Shown here: positions 35,654-47,600 of the stretch, in pieces
Numbering within the stretch: the stretch's first letter is position 1
How the letters are laid out: every line of letters starts with the position of its first letter
Origin: Trichoplax adhaerens
Lineage: Eukaryota; Animalia; Placozoa
Length of the DNA stretch: 64,000 bases
NCBI RefSeq assembly: GCF_000150275.1
Contig: NW_002060945.1
Location: 6,501,607 to 6,565,606 of the forward strand
Reading direction: 5' to 3'
Program-made: the position numbers and the translations under genes
Notes under the pieces: generated by a model
The model's database searches: none
The model's input: only the letters and a program-made list of their open reading frames with translations
What the model was told of the DNA's origin: nothing

Positions 35654-38600
35654 ATGGATCAAGGTTATGGCCATGTTATTTCCGTAAATACCCCAGACTA
35701 TGAAGGTTAGTGATTCTATATCTTTTAAATTATGTATTATTCAAATCCAAAACTCTTAAGAATTTGCTTTGGATGTAACTCGTTTAGTTTCTATTTGAGG
35801 CTTATAAACTGAAATTGTGATCACAGTTATCATGGTAGTCGTTTTAATAGTAAATTTTTGCTTCTTTTAATCTTCAACTTGTAAATCAAATAGCCTTCTA
35901 TATTTGAAAAACAACTGGAATCATTGCTAATAGCTTCTTTTCCTTAAAATGATTTCTGTAACCTTTGATGGAATACTTGTAGATTGGAAAGATTTTAATC
36001 AAAACAGAAAATGTATTAACGAGCAAATTAAAAAGAATCATTTAACAGGAAAGCTCGTTAAGGATTTCGATCAACAACAAACTGATGTAAGCGGTATTTT
36101 ATTTCGTTACTACTGCTATAGAAGTGACTTGCCAAATACAAAAATTCTTTTAAAAGTTTCATGTAATTAAACTCATTTTTATGTTATAGATGCAAATTCC
36201 TACATAAAAAAATTTGTTTAAATATTCCTTATGATAATGTAAATGAAATTATTTAGTAAATTTATGAAAAAGATATACCTTCCTTGCGGTGATTATGCAG
36301 TGCATAATTTTTATTTAAATAGATTGGTAACTGCCAAGTTTCTAAAAATTAAACTACTAAGCTTTAATAATTTTACGATCATAATACGTTAACATTCAAG
36401 TAACTTCGTAAGAAATAGATGAACCGTCTGTCATTATATTTATATATAGTTTGGTCTTGGAAGTGCTGTACTTCCCAAACTAGACTAGTTTAACTAAATC
36501 AAAAAATATTACAGAGATATTATAGTACGGTAGTTATACATCCTAAGGATAACCCTTTCGAGTAAAATGCTTTTTCATTTCAGACTGTATGCTTGCTAAC
36601 TAAGCGGATGAATTCCTATTATGTCTATCGTTATAATACAAGCAACTCTCTTCACTTATTCCCTCCAAACAATCCAATTCGATTGATTACGATGCGAATC
36701 ACTTCGAATCAGTATCCTGCTCTACTTACATAACTCATTACTTTATATAATTAGAATCATAGTAACATCATTTCTTTTAATCTTTTCATGGCTAAAGTTC
36801 TTGTAGATTTAGATAGATTTTAAATGCCTTGAATAAAGCATGGCATGACATGATACAATTTACAATGAGGCATACTTTTGGCATTGTCTATAGTTCGAAG
36901 TATTTTAGACTTACTATATATTCATAAGGCATGATTGTTTTTCGGTTATTAAGATAATTTTAGTATTAATATGATACTAGATAAGTTAAGCGTTTCATTT
37001 ATCATGTTCTTTATCTCACTAGCATAGAAATATTCATTTTAAGCCAGTTATAATTGCTTTGATTCTATAATCCGTTATATTTCTTGACTTCCTTGTAGAT
37101 TTTTTGATCTTTTTATATTTATAGCTATTTTCATTAATTGTGTTTTGATGGCCTTTCCTAATGGCATCGATCCTTCGATAGAGTAAGTTAAAACTATTGC
37201 TTCGGATTTTTTGGCCGTTTTACGGTTTTATACAATACCTTATTGTTTTTCGAATTGTTGTAAGCCAAAATACATGCTATCGTAAAAGTTAGCAGTGCAT
37301 GGTAGGAATTCAATCGCAAATTTATACATCTAAATGTTTGCGTATCATATAAGAAAAAATAGGCTTTTGTTACATTTGAATAAATTTATGACATAGTTAT
37401 AAGCATCTACGAATATACTGTAAGTTATTGCCAAGCGAGATAATGAAATAGTAAGGGCCTTAAATAAATTAATTAGATACAGAAAGAGAGAGTAGTTATT
37501 GATGCCTGGATAAACTTCGATAAATTTGTATCTTATAAATGGAATGTTGACAAATTAAAATTATGTATAGATATCATTTGAAAATCGACATATTTAGTGC
37601 TCTGAATTATAACTATTATAGATGAGATACTGCTTAATAAGTCTTCAATTCTATGATAAAGGTTTAAATATTGGAAGTTAAATACCAGAAACTAGTCTGC
37701 TATTTTGAATGATTAAATGAGTTATACTTGCTTTCTGGAAAGTTTACTTAGTATTATATATTAAAAATATACTAAATTCGCTAATGTTGATACTCTTTAA
37801 TCGTTATAGAAAATAAGGTCTTACTTTAATCATTTTTAGGATTACTTTCAATACCATTTATACGGTTGAAATGCTATTAAAAATCATGGCAAGAGGTTTT
37901 ATTTTTCACACCTATGCTTACTTGCGTGATCCATGGAATTGGCTTGATTTTATCGTAGTTATTGTTGGGTAAATTTATCTTATTCTAAGAGTTGAAATTG
38001 CCAGATCTCATATCCTATCTTTATCGTATTTCTTAAATGGTTTCTACTACTTGCTATACAGCTATCTTACCATGATTCCGGCATTAAGTGTCTTACCAGG
38101 TGCATCGGTTATTCGAGTTTTACGAGCGCTAAGAATGATTACAGCATTAGAAGGTAAAGTTATAGACATTACGTTATAAGATAATAATAGTAAGTAATTA
38201 ATAGGCTTATTGAAAGTGTTATTAAGCTTAACACTTACTAAAGCTAAAGCTTCATAGTTAAGAGCTGCTTTTAGTTAGTAACTGATTAAAGTCATTTTAA
38301 ACGAAAAAATGATATATTAATGTTTCTTTCATTTTTCTTTCTCTATCCTAGGCTTAAAAGCAATCGTTAATGCTCTATTTAAGTCGTTTAGAATGCTGGC
38401 TGACGTCTTTTGTTTAGCGCTTTTTATATTAATTATTTTTGCACTAATTGGTGTTCAACTATTTATGGGTATTTTAACGCAAAAGTGCTGTAGACCGTTT
38501 AATTCGACTGGAGATATTGTAGGACCATTTACAACGACTAAGTTTAAAAATTACGTAAACGTTTCTTGTAAGTATAATACGGTCAGCTTAAGGAATTTAT

Positions 38601-41600
38601 CATCCAAATGCGGTTAATAAATCTCTAACTGATTTTTTACAATTGTACATATTATTATAATAGCCAACTGGTATTTTGAAAATGGCGACCCAGTCATATG
38701 TGGAAACGAATCTTCAGCGAGGTAAAGTGTTCTAACATCAATTTTTGTTTCGTTATATATTCCTTTAGATAAAGAAAAGACCATTTTAATTTTTTAAACA
38801 TTAGATATTGTAGTAAATAGTAATTAGATATCTGTAGAGACATGATCATCATCTTAAAGGACTGTATATGATGATAGTGCCTAATTTATAGCCATTTGTT
38901 CAGTTATAATCAATAGTCTACCAATATTTACGACATTAAAGGAAGAGCTAAGTTTATAGATTGCCGATTACTTAGTAAGTTCTTTCGATAGCTTTTAAGT
39001 GACACGAAACTAAAAGCTACTATTAAATTATGACTAATAAGAACGATCAGAAATTGATCTACTGTACATATATTTAACATTCGATTTTGTTAGGCAAATG
39101 TATTGTACGGTAAGAGCTAAATCTGTTTTTGATTAACTAACGAAATACCGGTGCTGCAGTTTAATTTACTCTAAAACTTTATACTCATACAAATCAGAAT
39201 TTGAAACTAATATTATATTCGATGATGGACTAGCTGAGAGAGTATAATGATGTTTTAGGCGTATTATAATTCGTCAGTGTCGAAGGATTTTAATTATATT
39301 GCTCGTATCTTCTACAATGAAAATAACTATACTTGCAATTAGTACTACAGTATTATCATGCTAATATACTGAAAGTGAAATTGAGGAATATGTGTACATT
39401 GCCAATTCAGCTTTCGCTTGATATTTTTCCTTGTAACATTATAGGCATTGCCCAGCTGATTATCTTTGTTACCAATATGCTTATCCCAATCCTAACGATG
39501 GTTTCACTAGTTTCGATAATTTTCCAGTTTCTCTATTAGTATCATTTCAACTTATTACTCTTGATAATTGGGAAGATATTTACAACAAGGTATTATAGGT
39601 CTACTATTTAGAAATATAATTATAAAATTACTATAAGATTTAGCAGTATCTCATGGATATCAGAATTTTGTAAATCTCATCATTAATGTGAAAACTTTAA
39701 GGGTATACAAGTGCTTGCTAGATATGCTAGATATCGGCTGCGATAAATAGGTTTCTTTGTACTGATGGAATAATCTCTGTTCTTGCAAGCTGTAAAGTTA
39801 ATCTATGATTATTTTTATATAATTTCCCTTTCCGGACAGGTTAATGATGCCATTGACTCTTGGTGCATAATTTATTTTATACCAGTGGTTTTGTTGGGCG
39901 CATTCTATGTGATGAATCTAGTTATTGCCATTGTAGCTATGGCCTACAACAAGGAAGATAAAATACTGCAAGATCAGGTAGGCGCAGGTGTACTTTTAAA
40001 TGCTAACAGTGAATGCTAAACACGGTTCATACAACCTTGTTTCATTTTATTACTTTAGAAATATCTACAATAGAGATAACTTTACATCTAGACATTTTAA
40101 TGAATATGTACTTTTAAAATTGGAGATCGATTCCATAATTATATAGTGTGTAATTGATCGATAAACAGATCCTTTCACCAATAATAGTAATAGTAGATAA
40201 AGTAGCAATATCCCGCGCAACAATTCTACTGAACTAAGTAATCTTTTTAGGATTGATACAGTTTTTGATGTTTTAGAAATGTGATATTAGACATATGAGA
40301 GAATCGTACCGCAATTCTACAGTGTTTATTTTCTTTGAAAATGAAATACCGAAATTATGGATTCCAAAAATCGGAAGTAATCCCTATGGCAATGGCCACG
40401 TTTTAAAAATACGCAATCAAAAAGGAGTTTTATCATCAAGAAGTGAAGGGGATATTGAAATGAATTTAATGAAAGGAAGAAATGGATATAATGAAGAGAA
40501 TTTCAAGAAGCTAGGAAAGAATATTGGCAAGCCAGAACAAATACCTAAAGGCAACCATATCGACCAGGGTAGTCTTAAGAAGAAAGAAGGAAAAATCAAT
40601 ATTATATCGCTGAAAATTTCGGCCGCTATAGATGATCCAGCAAAGATGCAACCACATGAAGGCAATTCTAGTTCCACAAAAATTGAAAATACTGCTCTAG
40701 ATAATCCTATAAATGAAAATAGAAAGACCTCCAGATCTGCAAGATATTCAGCTCTTTCTCGTAGCGACGGAGAAATCGATAGAATAAAGCCAAATGTTGT
40801 TTCAGTTAGTCATACATTTACCAGTAAGCTTAGTGCTGCCAATAAAATAGGAAACAATGGTGAAGTAAATGGAAAGTCTCCTTCAACTTTGATGAAGAAA
40901 CGTGAGAAAGTTATTCGTTTAGTACCTGAGGGTAAGTTTGCAGTCGTACACCATCACCGAGGCGAGGGGTGAATAGTAGTGGATTCAAATTTGACGCATA
41001 GGCGTTCGCGCTTAAACTGCTATATATTGACTATTAATTATCAAATAGGATATACCTGGCAATAATACTATTTTAAGCATTAATCAATACAGAATTAAGC
41101 TAAAAAATTTAAGTAGATCAGTGATTCTTTCTCAGAACGGGCGATGCAGCTAGTTATAAATGAAATAAAATTATTATAATAAGAATTTAAACATATTAAT
41201 GTATTCGGTATACTCTACATACTATCACTGTAATCCTTAACACATAACTACAGCAATTAGCTGAAATCTTTACACCGTCAGACTATGTTGACCCTGATTT
41301 TATGACTAATTCTTGATATTTAATTCTATCAAACATATTGATAGGAGGCCAGTCGTCGGGAAGTGCAACTGTTACTACTGTTTCTATTGTCCTTAATGCT
41401 GAAACCACATCGACTAAATCAACAATATGGCGACAAATTCGAGTTTTAGTGGGTCGCATAGTAGACGATTCTTTATTTGAGTTGTTTATTACCGGCTGTA
41501 TCATCCTCAATACAATATTGATGTCGATGTATCAGCCATTGGAGGAGTACAATTCCAAAGTACCTGCCCAGAATATTGATAATTACGTAAGTTATTCATC

Positions 41601-44600
41601 TATACATAGTAGCTTATATTAGCAATGCATTACAATGGTAAAAAGGTACCAGGTATATTATTTGCTCTATGTGGTTAGGAGGTAGTATAGGATGCTCTTT
41701 TAAAATGAGGTCTTAAACGCTTCTAAGATAAATTAAAAATCATAAATTATATATATACATATGTTTAGTTTTCTGAATTTATGGGTTTTGAGTTTGTAAT
41801 AGCATGCCAACTAACGATATAAGTGATTAAATTATTATATGCGGAGCCTATCTTGTAATTAACATCAAAGATAAAGATGTTGCTAAATCAATTATGATAT
41901 ATAAAGATTACCTTTCGCTAATATTAACTTACGATTTGACTTCATTCTAATAGAGATAAGTTAAAAAAACATAATTGTACGAAATTTCGGCTATTCGATT
42001 ATTTTGGAAACCATAATCAATGTTCTTGTTTATTTTTAAATTAGGTTTTTACCTGCATATTTACGACAGAAATGACTTTAAAATTGATTGCTTTTGGTTT
42101 CACTGGCTATATTCAAAGCAAGTGGAATGTCTTTGATGGAATAGTTGTTATCATCAGTTTGGTTGATTTATTATTGGAATTTATATCGATTTCAAGTAAT
42201 TCTTTATCCGTTCTCAGAACACTGCGTTTGGTAAGATTTACTGTTATAAATATATATTTAGTTTGATGATTAAAATTGGAAAATATTTCATATATACTAT
42301 ATATATATGTATACATCAATTTGTAAACGATATGTTTAAAATGTCCACTTCTTCTTGTAATAGTTTCTCTCTTAATTATTTTTATTTTGCTTTAACCCTC
42401 TCTTAAAATTTGGATCAGCTTCGTGTATTCAAATTAGCCCGTTCATGGACGACCATGCGCCGTCTGTTATCCACCATAGTGTCTGGTGCCAAAGCTCTAT
42501 TGTATATTTTATTAATCCTCATTTTAACTATTTATGTCTTTGCTGTTTTGGGGATGAAAATTTTCCGAGATGCGTATCGAAAACATTTCGAAAATCTACC
42601 ACGTTGGAATTTTGATGATTTTATTGATTCATTCATGATGATTTTTCGAATATTATGCGGTGAATGGATAGAGCCTCTATATGATGCAATCCAAGCAACA
42701 AATATTTCGTCTATACTATTTTTCCTTGCAGCATACGTGGTTGGAAAGCTTTTGGTAAATACTTTTGCTCTATACATTCAATAACTACTCTATCCTTATG
42801 AATCAGTTACAGATTACTAAGCAAATATAGTAACGGTAGTTTTTGAGCTATTTACGTCGTGTAATTATAATCATACGTATTTCTGAATTATATTATAGTT
42901 ACAATCAACGTTTTTAATAATTTAATTCTATTAGTTTTGACTGATATTAGCTAACTAGCTATTGTTTTAAATTTTGTCCCTATTGCTGACTTCCAACATT
43001 ATAAACAGGGGTATCTTAATATTAACTAAGTGAGGTAATTGATTTTGATGGAATATGCTCAAAATCTCTTATTCTGAAATTTCTTCTCTTTCTAGGTACT
43101 TCATTTATTCCTTGCGTTGTTGCTAAGCTCCTTTGAAAATCAATCATTTCAAGAAGCTTATTCTGTTAATTCTGGAAGTCAAAAGAATAATGGCAACTTA
43201 TATGACGCATTGAGATACCTCATTGTAACTCTGCGGTTGAATAAACTTTGGAACTATACATTTGCAAGAATATTGCCTCAAAAAAAAACTAAGCCGAAAT
43301 GTCCAAAATTAGAATCAGCAGGTAATGTTAATCTGGCCAGTAGTAATTACAACCCTCAAATACTTCAGCATACGGAGATTCTAAAAGACGAAAATAACCG
43401 AAATGGATTGGATGAAATTAATACTTTATCAAGGAGTATTGCCGAAGAAAAGATTTCTACTAGCGCTAATAATGGGAAAGGACAGTCTAGTAGCAAAGAC
43501 CCTAAACTATTAGTAGAGTATAATGAATCTGCACTAGTATCAGATCAGCCACAACGTAAAAAGAGCGCAAATCATCGGGAAGTACGTAATACCCTTAGCG
43601 ATGGCGACGCTCATTCTGCTTGCGATTATAATTACAACCAAGAAAAAAAGCAACGGTCATTAAATCAGACGCAGGAGGATGACTCTGATTATCTAGATTT
43701 GCAAAGGACCTTGGGACTATTAGTACCGGATCAAATAGATGATGAATCTGATTCTGGCCAGATTATCGATAAAAGGAATTATCTATCGGTTAGGAGAGCA
43801 AGCTCTCGGAGAAAGAGTATGACTCAGTCTACTTCTTCGATATTTGATAGTAATTCTCGTGATGTTTCCAGTGACTATATATATTGTGAGACTCCTAACG
43901 TATCAAGACAAGACTCTGCTCGATCTGATTCCCAATGCACGGATACTGAGGTAAAGCTTAATCGCAATATAATATCGATAAATAATCTCATTTAATCATG
44001 TTAATGCATGGGATGCAAATCATTATAGCTACACTCCAAAATCAATTTCCACCAAATATCTTATAGCTTGCCGTAAATATTATATGCTCAGCGCCTAGTA
44101 AATGAAATTACTATGCTGATGTACTTATCAACCTTTAATGTGAAAATATTAACCGTCCTTTCTTTGCTCAGTAATACCAAAAACCAATTTTTTTTAAGTT
44201 ATTAACTTTGAAACTTTATTGCTTGTAACAAGAAAATTTTTAGTAAAAGAATGCTTTGATAATACGGTAGTAGAAATCATATGCAATGAAGAGGCTTTTT
44301 CTTTAAAGCGTGTCAGTGCTACCGTGTTAATTATAGTATGCTTACTTCAGGATCTTCTACAATATCGTAAATGTATATCTGAATAATCTAACATTGCTAC
44401 TTTTATCCTAATCATAAGGTAAAGCTCTCACAATACGCTTTAAAATACGGACTGTTATTATTATAAACGATACTCTGTTTAGTAATATTGTTAGATATTT
44501 TCTAGATTTAAGATGATTCGAAACTATGATGATATCTAAAATTCTAGGCTAATAATTCTGTCGGCATGAAAGCAATGTCCAATATATCATGTAATGGAGG

Positions 44601-47600
44601 ACTTCAATATTCCGAACGAAGTATCTCTCAACCAATTGATTGTTTTCCGAAAGTTTGCATGAAACGGATACCATACTGTATCCAAGGTGAAACTTCCCTT
44701 TGCCAAGCGTGGATGACAGTACGAAATCATGTTAAGAATGTTGTTGAACATCGCTTTTTTGAAGGCATCATCTTACTTCTTATTGTTGCTAGCAGTATCT
44801 CACTAGTAAGTACTAATATGATTGATTTTGATTGATAATATTATGTAAAAATCACAGCGAAATATATTATGAAGAATTTAACATACCCTATAAACTGTAA
44901 CGCGTTGAAAAGAAATCGGTTCATAAACTTTCAAAAGAGTTTCTTGCTAAGCCCATTTCTTTTACAGACATTCGAAGACATACACCTGCATAAAAATCCT
45001 ACCCTGATACAGGTTTTATATGTTAGCAATATTTTCTTTGCTGCGGCTTTCTCCATAGAAATGATATTAAAGTTAATTGGAATTGGCGTACATGGTTACA
45101 TTTGCAGTCCATGGAATATTTTAGACGCTGCTATAGTAGTTGTAAGTTATGCTCGCTTATTTTTTCATTATATTTGTTCTACATGAGTTCAAATATTTAG
45201 TATTCACTTTATATTTATATTTTAACTATTTCAGTATTGCTATTCTCATCATAATTAGTAAAAATAATATCATTGATACAATATATGCTACATTTTTAAC
45301 TTCTTCCGCGAAAATTTATTTATTGATCAATGATGTTTAATTTCAAATAGTTATACGAGAATGTACATTATTGTCCTGGATGATTAGCTCATATTTATTT
45401 TCTTGTTTATTTTTTAATTTATATCAGGTATCAATTATAACTCTGGTATTGGAGAACGTCTCAGCATTTCGATCTTTACGCGTCCTTCGAGCTTTACGCC
45501 CTTTGAGAGCTATTTCACACTGGGAAGGAATGCGCGTAAGTCAGACATTTGATTGAAATTAACGTCACAGAATAAGTAAATGTTTGCTAATATTTACTAC
45601 TCAATTAAATGTAGTACGCTTATCTGAAAAAAATGAATACAACATATGCCGTTTTTCTATTCAATATAAGCATGCAGTAATCGATCAAGCGTACAATTAC
45701 CGTTATTACTGCTATACTTGTTTTAAAGTTATCTGTTTTGTGGTAAAGAAAATTAACTTCCTTAATAAATTTTAAATTATAATTTAATATTAATTACATG
45801 AGATCCTCAATGCTATACGTAGTAACATTGCAGATAATATTTCAAAACAAAAATCTTAATTTATTAGGCTGTCGTTAATGCACTCTTTGGTTGCATACCT
45901 CATATAACCAATGTTATTATTGTTTGCGCTTTCTTTTGGTTGGTATTTTGCGTCGGTGGAGTTAATTTCTTTGGTGGTAAATTCTACAAGTGTTTAGATT
46001 TGGATAATAATTTAATACCTGCCTCAATTATCAGCAATAAAACCGATTGTTTAGCGAATAATTATATATGGAAAAATTCTCAGATTAATTTTGATAGCGT
46101 ACCACAAGCCTTCCTAGCGCTATTTGAAGTGGTAAGCGAGCTTTATTAGTGCTATGTAGTTTATTCATTGAAAAAGTATTATCATCACATATTACTAACA
46201 TAGTCATCGAGGCAATAAAATTCATAATATTAAATATTATTTACTTAAAGATAGGCTTTATGTATGGGTACTGCTATTTTATATGTAATCCTTGATGATT
46301 TCAATATGTAACTTTAATATGCATATACGTTTCTGCCCGAATACATTCTGGTATACATTTTTTCTAATCTAAGGAAAGATACGTTGACATTTCTATTTTA
46401 AACTATAAAATGCAGAATCTAGCAAACCTGGTACCACATTTTACAAAGATATTTTATTTTTTATTTCTGTTGAATGCCGCAATATTGATATGGCTATAAT
46501 TTCTGAAAGATTTATAATACATGTCCATTTATTATCTAACTATTTCTTGGATTGCCCTATTCTGATTCATATAATAGTTTAAAAGTAGAATGTTTGTTTC
46601 AGAATTGAAATTTATTCATTGATTGTGCATATTATCGTATACTTCATGATGCTGTTACATAATTAAGACATTTGATCCTGTTAGTTTTAATTTAAAGATA
46701 CTCGCATGTCACAGACTACTTCCTCAGGAGTTTAATAATCTAACGTAAAGTACTTACTTTGAGTTGTTTCTACAGATTACTACTCTAATCTATCGAAGAT
46801 CTAGTAAGAATATAGTATTGCTACGATAACGCTTAAGAACTACCCTTCTAAAAAGTTCACAATCAGTAGACACGCTATACTATAATCTACAAAACAGCTT
46901 TATACTATAACACTGAAACACTGTGAACAATAATGCTTTCTTAAACTCTATAATTTAGGCAACATGGTGCCGTAACATCTAATGACTTATTTTAAAGAGG
47001 AATTTCTAATTTAAATTAGTTGTATGAGAACTAAGTAATGAAATCAAATTGTTTTAGGCTACTTTTGAAGGATGGATTCAAGTTATGGGTGATGCAGTCG
47101 ATGCTAGAGAGGTGAGTTAAAAGATTCACTCGTATTTTGAGTTAAGGGACTCTACGAGAAATTGTTCTCTAATTCTTGATTAACTTTAATCGGTGATTGA
47201 TAGCAGGCTACAATCTATCATAATATTTATCATTGGTGTATATTGGATCTATTTTTATTATAAACTAGATCGATCAGCAGCCAATTCCTCTAAATAATAA
47301 AAGCGCCTACATCTATTTCGTGGCCTTTATTATCATTGGATCTTTTTTCTCATTAAACCTAATTGTCAGTGTTATCATTGATTGCTTTTATGCTCTCAAG
47401 CAAAAGGTAAATGGAAAAAGTTACGAAATTAATGTTTTCTTCAAGTCTAATCTCTTTTATGATACTAATTATTGTTTTTGCATAGTGTGATCAGTGGAGA
47501 AATAAGATAGTATAATATTGTCACGAGATATCTAATGTAAATTTCAAGCATAATAATTTCATTTAATACTTTATAGAGTGAAAGCGGTTCTCTTGGTATT

